From Parcubacteria group bacterium (GTDB lineage: Bacteria; Patescibacteriota; Minisyncoccia; Phycocordibacterales; Zambryskibacteraceae): DNA of 61,291 nucleotides. The stretch lies in the NCBI GenBank assembly GCA_028286565.1, contig JAQBRH010000003.1:1-61291 (forward strand), in the 5' to 3' direction. Below, one piece after another: positions 53,414 to 61,291 of the stretch. The first letter of the stretch is position 1. Each line of letters begins with the position of its first letter. The notes below the pieces were generated by a model. It searched no databases. It saw nothing but the letters and a program-made list of their open reading frames with translations, and had not been told where the DNA came from. The position numbers and the translations under genes were made by a program.

Positions 53414-53495
53414 GCCCGGGTGGCGGAATTGGTATACGCGCACGACTTAAAATCGTGTCTCGAAAGAGATGTGGGATCGTTGCCCACCCCGGGCA
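53414..53495 (+). tRNA. tRNA-Leu(TAA) with a non-canonical T loop
   Basis: Acceptor gcccggg/cccgggc, anticodon loop ctTAAaa, variable arm tctc-gaaa-gaga, T arm gtggg-ATCGTTG-cccac. Confidence 0.8.
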
Positions 53496-53822
53496 CTAGA
53501 GATCTTTGCTTATTTCGTCGAGCCTCTGGCGATTCCTTTCGCCGTAATCGATGCGCCAGGTTAGCTGGGGGACGATGCCGATGCGGGACTTTTCTCGCAC
53601 GAATCCGTGAAGCTCTCCGCCTTTCCTCATGAGGAACTTGAGGGCGGTGTCCTCTTCTTTCTCCGGCAGGGTGGTGAAGAAAAGATTGGCCGCTTTGCCC
53701 GACGGAGCGAGCTCAACACGAGTGACGGTGATGAGGGACGCCGGAGTAGCCTCGCGCAAGACAAAATCCGCGGCGATCTTTCTCAATATTTCTTCCATCT
53801 TCTCTTTTTTTAAGGCTTTCAT
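53496..53822 (-). CDS. rbfA: ribosome-binding factor A
   Basis: LITVTRVELAPSGKAANLFF and VPQLTWRIDYG, the RbfA pattern. Confidence 0.85.
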   Translation of the reverse strand: MKALKKEKMEEILRKIAADFVLREATPASLITVTRVELAPSGKAANLFFTTLPEKEEDTALKFLMRKGGELHGFVREKSRIGIVPQLTWRIDYGERNRQRLDEISKDL

Positions 53823-53846
53823 ATTATGTATAGTGAGCTGGTCGAA

Positions 53847-55349
53847 CTATTTAGTAACCCGTACAAAAGCTTCGAGGACGTCTCCCGGCGCGATCTCGAT
53901 CTTTGATTCGATAAGAGCCCCGAACTCGCTGCCTTCGTTCACTTTATCCGCGGCGATCTTGTTCTGCTGAAGCTCTTTCACTTTCCCTCGGCCGACCTCT
54001 TCATCTTTCCGCAGGATCTTTATTTCGGCGCCGAGCTCGAAGGTTCCGGTGTTCGCTCGGGCTCCGAGCACCTGCTTGTCCTTCTGCACACTGAATATCT
54101 TCAATACCTTTGCGGAGCCGGAAACCTCGTCGACCTCGATGCTTGGTTCGGATCCTCTGAGGAGTTCGGCTACCCGTTCGGTCAGTTTATAAATGATGTC
54201 GAAGCTTTCGATTGCGATGTTCGATCGTTCGGCGAGAGCCGCGGCTTGGGGATCGGTTTTTGTATGGAAGGCGAAGACGTGCGTACCCTCGGTGGTAAGG
54301 GCGGTCTTCACATCATTCTCGCTCACTGTACCGACACCCGAGAGCACCACTCGAGGCACGATGCGCTCGCGGCCGAGCTTGCCCACCTCATATATGATGG
54401 CTTCGAGGCTTCCGGCCGCATCGGCTTTAATGATAAGGGAGATGGTGGCCATGTTCTCCGGAGCGGAGGCGGCGGTCGATGTCCCTTGGTGCACCGCTTC
54501 GCTGTCCGCATAGAGCTTGGCGGCTTTTTTGTCCTCAAAGAGCTCGAAGATCGCGCCGACCGGCGGCGGATTGTCCCAGCCGACAAATTGGACCGGACTC
54601 GAAAAGCTGAGCTCGTCGACTTGGTTCCCCTCGGCGTCGAGGATGTATCGAAGAGGGGCGATGGCTCCCGTCGATGCGGCGACCATGCCTTTTTTGACCG
54701 TGCCGTCTTTGATGATGCCTATGGCGGTAACCCCGATCTTTGCATCGAGTCGCGATTCAATGATGATGCCCGTGCCCCACTTCGATGTGTCGCCGGTACA
54801 GCCTTCGATCTCGGCGATGAGGAAGATCATGTCCAAGAGTTCTTTCACTCCGACCCCGGTCTTTGATGAAAGGGGAACGACGGGGATGTTGCCCCCGTAT
54901 CCTTCGACAAAGATATCCGCTTCGGCCAGGCTCTGTTTGGTGCGGTCGAGGTTTGCACTCGGCTTGTCGATCTTGGTTATGGCGACCACATACGGAATAC
55001 CGCTCTCCTTTATGCGGGCATAGGCTTCGAGGGTTTGGGGCTTCACTCCGTCTTCAGCGGAGACGATAAGGACGCCGATGTCCGCGACGGATGCGCCGCG
55101 GGTGCGAATGCCGTGGAAGGCTTCATGGCCCGGAGTGTCGAGAAAGGTGGCTTTGGCCTTTGTGCCGTCTTCCTTTGTGTGCTCGATCTCATAGGCGGTG
55201 ACGTGCTGGGTGATGCCTCCGGATTCGGTTTCGGTCACATTGGATTTTCTGATATAGTCGAGAAGCGTCGATTTGCCGTGATCGATGTGTCCCATTACTG
55301 CTACTACCGGAGGGCGGGTAGACCTTGAATGTGTGGTCAAAAGTGTCAT
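53847..55349 (-). CDS. infB: translation initiation factor IF-2 (short N-terminus)
   Basis: [17 protein letters not shown] and DTPGHEAF. Start placed at MTLLTTH; a GTG at 55388 is an alternative. Confidence 0.9.
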   Translation of the reverse strand: MTLLTTHSRSTRPPVVAVMGHIDHGKSTLLDYIRKSNVTETESGGITQHVTAYEIEHTKEDGTKAKATFLDTPGHEAFHGIRTRGASVADIGVLIVSAEDGVKPQTLEAYARIKESGIPYVVAITKIDKPSANLDRTKQSLAEADIFVEGYGGNIPVVPLSSKTGVGVKELLDMIFLIAEIEGCTGDTSKWGTGIIIESRLDAKIGVTAIGIIKDGTVKKGMVAASTGAIAPLRYILDAEGNQVDELSFSSPVQFVGWDNPPPVGAIFELFEDKKAAKLYADSEAVHQGTSTAASAPENMATISLIIKADAAGSLEAIIYEVGKLGRERIVPRVVLSGVGTVSENDVKTALTTEGTHVFAFHTKTDPQAAALAERSNIAIESFDIIYKLTERVAELLRGSEPSIEVDEVSGSAKVLKIFSVQKDKQVLGARANTGTFELGAEIKILRKDEEVGRGKVKELQQNKIAADKVNEGSEFGALIESKIEIAPGDVLEAFVRVTK

Positions 55350-55410
55350 AGAGGGCCTTAGAATAGCACTATTTTGGCTAAAAAACACGGCGCATACTAG
55401 AATCTAAGCA

Positions 55411-56544
55411 ATGGAATTTTTCAAGAAAAAAAGGATATTTCTCGACCACGCATCGGCCACTCCGGTCCTAAAGGAGGCGCGCCTGGCGATGGAAAAATAT
55501 TTTACCGATGAATTTTATAATCCGTCGGCTATTTATGCTGAAGGGGTGAAGGCGAGGCGAGACCTCGGAGCTTTTCGAGAGAAGGTGGCCCGGCACCTCC
55601 ACGCGGGAGCCAAGGACATCGTGTTTACGAGCGGAGGCACTGAAAGCGACAACCTCGCCATTCTCGGGACCTTTGAAAAAGCGGCCGAAAGCGTACTCCT
55701 GCCTCATCTCGTCATCTCCGAGCTCGAGCATCCGGCTATCCTCGAGGCGGCCGAAGAAGTGAAGCGCCGCGGGGGCGACTATACGATAGTCCGCGCGGAC
55801 GAAGAAGGGATCATCCGGCCCGAGAAAATAGAAAAGGCCATCACGAAGGATACGGTTCTCGTGTCTGTGTCCATGGCGGCCGGCTCGATCGGCGTCGTTC
55901 AGCCAATCTCCAAGATCGGGCGCCTTATTCGAGAGGCCAGGAAGAAAAATAATTCCTCATATCCCTATTTCCATACGGACGCCACCGCCGCCGCGAACTA
56001 TGCGTCGCTGAACGTCGACGCGCTTTCCGTCGACCTCCTGACGCTCGACGGGGCGAAAATGTACGCACCGAAAGGCTCTGGCGTGCTGGTCGTCCGTCCG
56101 GGGATCGAGTTGTCACCGATGATCGTCGGAGGAGGCCAAGAGCGCGGGCTTCGAGCCGGTACGGAAAATCTCCCTTCGATCGCGGGGTTTGCCGCCGCTT
56201 TCGACGTGGCAGTCCGCGATAGGGAAAAAGAATCTCTGCGACTCCTCGCTCTTCGCAACAAGCTCCTCGCTGCGGTACAGAACATCAAAGGGTCATTTGT
56301 CATCGGGTCTCCGGATAATCTTCTTCCGAATGTTCTTGCGGTCTCCTTTCCCGGCCAGATCTCCGAGTTTCTGGCCATATCGCTCGATCAAAAGGGGATC
56401 TGCGTCTCGGCCGGAGCGGCGTGCCAGAGCCAAAATGATTCGACGGACGACCTTGCGCTACGCTTTTCGCTCGGAAGATCGACCACCGAAAAAGATATCG
56501 AGAACACCATAACCGCATTGAAAGAGATCGTAATGCGGGCATAA
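55411..56544 (+). CDS. cysteine desulfurase (class V aminotransferase, IscS/NifS-like)
   Basis: IFLDHASATP, PLP-Lys region DGAKMYAPKGSG, and active-site loop SAGAACQS. Confidence 0.85.
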   Translation: MEFFKKKRIFLDHASATPVLKEARLAMEKYFTDEFYNPSAIYAEGVKARRDLGAFREKVARHLHAGAKDIVFTSGGTESDNLAILGTFEKAAESVLLPHLVISELEHPAILEAAEEVKRRGGDYTIVRADEEGIIRPEKIEKAITKDTVLVSVSMAAGSIGVVQPISKIGRLIREARKKNNSSYPYFHTDATAAANYASLNVDALSVDLLTLDGAKMYAPKGSGVLVVRPGIELSPMIVGGGQERGLRAGTENLPSIAGFAAAFDVAVRDREKESLRLLALRNKLLAAVQNIKGSFVIGSPDNLLPNVLAVSFPGQISEFLAISLDQKGICVSAGAACQSQNDSTDDLALRFSLGRSTTEKDIENTITALKEIVMRA

Positions 56545-56569
56545 AGCTCGTGTGCTATAATCACATATT

Positions 56570-57403
56570 ATGGCCACGATGGAAGAACTTACAAAGACAC
56601 AAATGGTTCTCCTCACTCTCTTGGTGAGCTTTGTCACGTCGATCGCGACGGGTATTATCACCGTTTCCCTTCTCGCCCAGGCTCCTTCGAGCGTCACTCA
56701 GACCATCAACCGCGTCGTTGAACATACGATCGAGAAGGTCGCTCCTGCTACGCCTTCTTCGAATACAACGACCGTTAAGGAGGTGACCGTGGTCAAAGAG
56801 GAAGACGCGATCATCAGCTCTATAGACAAGTCGGCTCAAGCGGTTGTCCGCATCAAGAGTCCGGTCGCCGACGACGGATCGCAGAGCTTCTACGCCCTCG
56901 GGGTGGTGATCTCCAAAGACGGGCTGGTGGTCTCCGACAAGCGAAATCTGGTCCTGAACGGCACATACTCGGTTACTCTTCCGGACGGCACCACTCTCCC
57001 GGCTACCGTCTCCGCCATCAGCGAAGACGACAACCTCGCGCTCTTCAAGATCAAGGGAGACCCTTCACATACGAATAATTTCAAATTCATCGCTTTCTCG
57101 CCGAACGAACTCAAGCTCGGTCAAACTATCATCGCCGTCGAAGGCCGGGACAAGAACACCGTCGGTATCGGCCGGGTGGTCTCCATCAGCTCTCGAACGG
57201 AAAAAGACGCCAAGGGGAACGACCTCAAGGTCCCGTATGCGATCGACACGGACCTTAGCTCCGGAGAGATCCAAGGCTCGCCTCTTTTTAACCTCTCGGG
57301 CGAGCTCGTCGGCATTAAAACCTCGACCGTCGATCTCATCGTTCCCGCCGGACTGTATACCTCTTCCATCCCGATGAAGAGAGTTGTCGACAAGGCAAAG
57401 TAA
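56570..57403 (+). CDS. membrane-anchored trypsin-fold (HtrA-like) protein, probably catalytically degenerate
   Basis: The fold pattern is retained ([29 protein letters not shown]). His and Ser triad positions appear substituted in an alignment done by eye. Confidence 0.55.
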   Translation: MATMEELTKTQMVLLTLLVSFVTSIATGIITVSLLAQAPSSVTQTINRVVEHTIEKVAPATPSSNTTTVKEVTVVKEEDAIISSIDKSAQAVVRIKSPVADDGSQSFYALGVVISKDGLVVSDKRNLVLNGTYSVTLPDGTTLPATVSAISEDDNLALFKIKGDPSHTNNFKFIAFSPNELKLGQTIIAVEGRDKNTVGIGRVVSISSRTEKDAKGNDLKVPYAIDTDLSSGEIQGSPLFNLSGELVGIKTSTVDLIVPAGLYTSSIPMKRVVDKAK

Positions 57404-57438
57404 GTTTAGAATCTAGGCCCCGTTACCTATACATAGCC

Positions 57439-60111
57439 ATGCCTCCATTCAGCCATTTTACGAGCAAAGCCAAAGAAGCCATCAGAAAAGCCCACGAGCT
57501 GGCTATTGAGCGCGGGCAGAACCACGTCAACCCGATGCACCTCTTGGCGGCGCTCATCATCCAAGAGGAAAGCATGGTCCTCTCCATCCTCGACAAGATG
57601 GAAGTCGACACCATCCTCCTCACCGACACGGTCCTCGAAACCATCGAGAATCCCGAGGTCATCCAGACTCTCGCTCCGTCGTATCAGATCTACCTTACCC
57701 CCGAGCTCGCTCATATTTTGGAATCAAGCTCCAAGGTCGCCGAATCTCTCGGAGACGAATTTGTCTCGACCGAACACCTCTTCCTTTCCGTATTGAACGT
57801 GCCCGGCGAGTCGCGCGAACTCCTTACCAAGTTCAAGATCGATCAGGACCGCGTCGTGAAGGTGATCGACGAGCTGAAACGATCGACCTCTTCCGAACCG
57901 AAGACGGAGAAAAAATTCAAATCTCTCTCGAAGTTTGCCCGTTCGCTTACCAAGCTTGCCAAGGCGAACAAACTCGACCCGGTCATCGGGCGTGATGAAG
58001 AAATTTCCCGCATTATCCAGATCCTTTCCCGCCGAACGAAAAACAATCCTATCCTCATCGGTGAAGCCGGAGTGGGGAAGACCGCCATCGCCGAGGGCCT
58101 GGCCATCCGCATGGCAAACGGGAACGTCCCCGAATCTCTCCGGGACAAAGAGCTCGTGTCCCTCGACCTCGGCCTCCTTATAGCCGGCACTAAATATAGA
58201 GGAGAATTCGAAGAGCGATTAAAAAATATCATCAAGGAGATCGAGAAATCCGAAGGCAAGATCATTCTCTTTATCGACGAGATCCATACTATCGTCGGCG
58301 CCGGAGCCGCCGAAGGATCGATCGATGCCTCGAACATGCTCAAGCCCGCTCTCGCCCGCGGTGAACTTCGGGCCATCGGCGCCACCACGCTCCGCGAATA
58401 TCAAAAACATATAGAAAAGGATCCCGCCCTTACGCGCAGATTTCAGCCGGTCCACGTGAACGAGCCGTCGATCGAAGACGCCATGACCATCCTCCGCGGT
58501 TTGAAAGAACGCTACGAGCTCTACCACGGCGTGCATATCACCGACGATGCTATCCGGGCCGCCGTCACTCTTTCGTCGCGCTACATCACCGACAGATTCC
58601 TCCCGGATAAAGCCGTCGACCTCATCGATGAAGCTGCATCGTTCTTAAAGATCTCCCTTGAGAACATGCCGCCGGTCCTCCAGGACACGCAGTCCAAAGT
58701 GATGAAGCTCGAGATCGAGCGCGAAGCCTTGAAGAAGGACAAGAATGCGAAGGCCAAGCTCCGCATCAAAGAGATCGACAAGGATATCGCGGACCTCAAG
58801 GAGAAAACCTCCGAGATCGAACTTAAGTGGAAGAACGAGAAGGAGACCGTCGCAGCCATTAAAGATATCAAAAAGAACCTCGAGACGCTTCGCCTCGAAG
58901 CCGAAGCCGCCGAAGCTCGGGCCGACCTCTCGAAAGCCGCCGAACTCCGCTACGGCCAGATCCCGCTCCTCGAGCGCGACCTCGACACCAAGGCCAAGCG
59001 CCTGAAGAAGCTCCAAAGCTCGCGCCGCATTCTCCGAGAAGAGATCACCGAGCAGGACATCGCGGACATCGTGAGCCGATGGACGGGCATCCCCGTTTCC
59101 CGCATGCTCGAAGAAGAAGCCGAGAAGCTCGGGCGCATTGAAGAATTCCTCAGAAAGAGGATCGTGGGACAGGAAGAAGCGGTCCAAAAGATCGCGGATA
59201 CTATCAAACGAAGCCGCGCGGGCATCTCGGATCCGAACCGCCCCATCGGCTCCTTTATGTTCCTCGGTCCGACCGGGGTCGGGAAGACCGAACTCACCAA
59301 GGCTCTTGCCGAATTCATGTTCGACGATGATAAGGCTCTCATCAGGGTCGACATGAGCGAATACATGGAGAAGCACTCGGTCTCGAAATTGATCGGCGCG
59401 CCTCCCGGCTACGTCGGCTTCGACGAAGGTTCTCCATTTACCGAAACCGTCCGCCATCGCCCGTATTCGGTCATTCTCTTCGACGAGATCGAGAAGGCTC
59501 ACCCGGAAGTCTTTAACATTCTCCTCCAAGTCCTCGACAACGGGCGCCTGACCGACACCAAGGGCCGGGCCGTCAACTTCAAGAATACGGTCATCATCCT
59601 GACCTCGAACGTCGGCGCCGAATACATCGACCGCATGCAGTCGATCGGATTCTCCAAGGGCGGAGAGAAAGAAAGCTACGACGGAATGAAGGACAAGCTG
59701 ATGAACTCCCTGAAGAACCAATTCCGTCCGGAGTTCCTCAACCGCCTCGACGAGATCGTTGTGTTCGACGTGCTTTCAAAGGAGACCATCCATTCTATCG
59801 TCAAGATCCAGATCGAAGCGGTGCAAAAGCGCCTCGCCGAGAAGGAGATCGAACTCGTCGTCTCGGACCCGGTCGTCGATCTTCTCGCAGAGGAGGGGTA
59901 CAATCCTGAATTCGGTGCCCGACCGCTGAAGCGCCTCATTCAAACCAAGATCTTGAATCCAGTGGCCACGATGATGATCGGGAACAAGGTTCTCTCCGGC
60001 GGAACGGTCATGGTCGGGAGGAAGGGCAAGGAGCTCGCTTTTGAAGTAGTGAAAGGCAAGCGATCCGGCACTGTCACAAGCCTCCCGAAACACAAGACCG
60101 AAGCCAAGTAA
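57439..60111 (+). CDS. clpB: ATP-dependent chaperone ClpB
   Basis: Two AAA+ modules ([20 protein letters not shown]), a middle coiled-coil domain and a Clp N-domain. Confidence 0.95.
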   Translation: MPPFSHFTSKAKEAIRKAHELAIERGQNHVNPMHLLAALIIQEESMVLSILDKMEVDTILLTDTVLETIENPEVIQTLAPSYQIYLTPELAHILESSSKVAESLGDEFVSTEHLFLSVLNVPGESRELLTKFKIDQDRVVKVIDELKRSTSSEPKTEKKFKSLSKFARSLTKLAKANKLDPVIGRDEEISRIIQILSRRTKNNPILIGEAGVGKTAIAEGLAIRMANGNVPESLRDKELVSLDLGLLIAGTKYRGEFEERLKNIIKEIEKSEGKIILFIDEIHTIVGAGAAEGSIDASNMLKPALARGELRAIGATTLREYQKHIEKDPALTRRFQPVHVNEPSIEDAMTILRGLKERYELYHGVHITDDAIRAAVTLSSRYITDRFLPDKAVDLIDEAASFLKISLENMPPVLQDTQSKVMKLEIEREALKKDKNAKAKLRIKEIDKDIADLKEKTSEIELKWKNEKETVAAIKDIKKNLETLRLEAEAAEARADLSKAAELRYGQIPLLERDLDTKAKRLKKLQSSRRILREEITEQDIADIVSRWTGIPVSRMLEEEAEKLGRIEEFLRKRIVGQEEAVQKIADTIKRSRAGISDPNRPIGSFMFLGPTGVGKTELTKALAEFMFDDDKALIRVDMSEYMEKHSVSKLIGAPPGYVGFDEGSPFTETVRHRPYSVILFDEIEKAHPEVFNILLQVLDNGRLTDTKGRAVNFKNTVIILTSNVGAEYIDRMQSIGFSKGGEKESYDGMKDKLMNSLKNQFRPEFLNRLDEIVVFDVLSKETIHSIVKIQIEAVQKRLAEKEIELVVSDPVVDLLAEEGYNPEFGARPLKRLIQTKILNPVATMMIGNKVLSGGTVMVGRKGKELAFEVVKGKRSGTVTSLPKHKTEAK

Positions 60112-60177
60112 AGTTGCCCCGCTCTCTCAGTGGTGCAACAATGATCGGAGACGTACAACTCTCACCGAGGTATCCTC

Positions 60178-60549
60178 ATGCCCGAAATCTGGGTCCGCGC
60201 CGAAGGCAGGACGCTTGAAAATCTGTGCGACGAACTGCTCAGGGTCGACACCGGCACTCCGAAGATCGGGCAGACCCTGCCCTTGATCAAAGGGTCAGTC
60301 GGGGTCATCAAGAGCGACGCCACATGGGAGAAATTCCTCGAGACCACGAACAGATGGTCAGCGAAGACCTGCACGCTCGGCTTGCGGGGTGAAGGGGAAG
60401 AGGCTCTCCAGGGGCGAACCTGGAAGCTCGAACATTTCCGCGGATATAGCTTTCTCGAAACTCACCAGTGGTTCGAGAAAGATCTGGAAAAGCGGCCCCC
60501 CGCGGATTTCTCCACGCTTCCCACGCGGAACAACAGACGTTTTGCCTGA
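60178..60549 (+). CDS. hypothetical protein (123 aa)
   Basis: ORF followed by the terminator gaccggt-ac-gccggtc-tttttt. Confidence 0.4.
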   Translation: MPEIWVRAEGRTLENLCDELLRVDTGTPKIGQTLPLIKGSVGVIKSDATWEKFLETTNRWSAKTCTLGLRGEGEEALQGRTWKLEHFRGYSFLETHQWFEKDLEKRPPADFSTLPTRNNRRFA

Positions 60550-60607
60550 CCGGTACGCCGGTCTTTTTTCTTGAGAAATAGAGCCTTTTTAGTTATAGTA
60601 GGTTCGC

Positions 60608-60693
60608 GCGTCGATGGCGGAGTGGTCAATCGCACTAGACTGTAAATCTGGCGCCTTCGGGCTTCGTTGGTTCGAATCCAACTCGGCGCACCA
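60608..60693 (+). tRNA. tRNA-Tyr(GTA), long variable arm, CCA encoded
   Basis: Acceptor gcgtcga/tcggcgc, anticodon loop ctGTAaa, T arm gttgg-ttcgaat-ccaac. A terminator follows (cccgc-tttgt-gcggg plus T-run). Confidence 0.88.
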
Positions 60694-60766
60694 TAAAAAC
60701 CCGCTTTGTGCGGGGTTTTATATACCTCTTGCCAAAATAGCTCCTCTCGGGTAATCTTATAACCCT

Positions 60767-60940
60767 ATGGCACAGCAGCATCTCATAAAGCTCGTCTCCG
60801 TCGGAGATTCAAAGGGCGTCGGCAAAGGCCACGTCTATTATTCCCGCAAGAACAAGAAATCGGTCGAACGCAAGATCGAGGTCAAGAAGTTCAACCCGAT
60901 CGCCAAAAAGCATACAACTTATAAGGAAAAGAAGGCCTAG
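60767..60940 (+). CDS. rpmG: 50S ribosomal protein L33 (57 aa, below the ORF-track cutoff)
   Basis: My own translation is MAQQHLIKLVSVGDSKGVGKGHVYYSRKNKKSVERKIEVKKFNPIAKKHTTYKEKKA*, which matches the L33 pattern (IKLVS...YYT.KNK......L..KK(Y/F).P....H..YKE.K). Confidence 0.85.
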   Translation: MAQQHLIKLVSVGDSKGVGKGHVYYSRKNKKSVERKIEVKKFNPIAKKHTTYKEKKA

Positions 60941-61022
60941 ATCAAAGAAACAAAAACCCGCCAGAAGGCGGATTTTTGCTAAATAGTTGCAGAGATATTT
61001 GCATCTAGTGCTATGATATTAG

Positions 61023-61291
61023 TATGAAAATAACCCGGGTTACTCGGATGTTATCGGTCTTGTTTGTATTTGGAGTCTTGAACTTTATACTCCCATTCCA
61101 CATCACCCACGCTTCCGCCGCCACCTACTATGTTGCCAATGCCGGCAATGATTCATGTGACGGAACCTCTCAAACCATCGGCACCTCGGGCTCATGTTCC
61201 TGGAAGACCATTGCCAAGGTAAATACTTCCTCCTTTAATCCCGGAGATTCGATCCTCTTTAACAAAGGTGATATCTGGAGAGAACAACTCA
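61023..61291 (+). CDS. secreted protein, N-terminal part (beta-helix-type start), 3' end beyond the window
   Basis: Signal peptide, then ATYYVANAGNDSCDG...SWKTIAKVN...PGDSILFNKGDIW, typical of right-handed beta-helix (pectate-lyase-fold) proteins. Confidence 0.5.

Noticed and set aside
58645-59721. 358-aa minus-strand ORF
   Set aside because: It is antisense to clpB and is a shadow ORF.

Overview
The gene content suggests a chromosomal segment from a small-genome, CPR/Patescibacteria-like bacterium; this origin is an inference. Housekeeping genes recognised by motif are murJ, lepA, valS, tsaD, trxB, ftsZ, ftsA, ybeY, rpsU, lepB, pth, rpsA, gyrA, rbfA, infB, clpB and rpmG. They are interleaved with many small secreted or membrane proteins. 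I count about 75 plausible CDS, 11 tRNA genes and a type-A RNase P RNA. I recognise no rRNA, CRISPR array, integrase, transposase or reverse transcriptase in any frame.

The most unusual locus is 19.66-23.73 kb.
- Convergent tRNA-Glu and tRNA-Val genes are each followed by a short element.
- Each element contains a mirrored copy of that tRNA's own 3' end, a 22-nt hairpin, a shared 53-nt module (52/53 identical, inverted between the two sides) and an exact direct duplicate of the tRNA 3' end starting at G57 of the T loop.
- Each element can fold into a tRNA-like minihelix, and the paired segments differ in a compensatory way between the Glu and Val versions.
- The two elements bracket a 3.6-kb recombinase-less mosaic of single-gene cassettes that share T-arm-like repeat modules.

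Other accessory signals:
- a dGTPase-like HD gene wedged between ftsA and ftsZ;
- a divergent gene pair (PD-(D/E)xK-like and HhH-GPD-like) after gyrA;
- three orphan genes between pth and rpsA;
- six tandem VirB2/TrbC-like small pilin paralogs;
- two GC-rich islets and one AT-rich orphan pyrB;
- a large repeat surface protein carrying a 9-nt microsatellite.

All calls come from reading the sequence and ORF translations. No database search was run.
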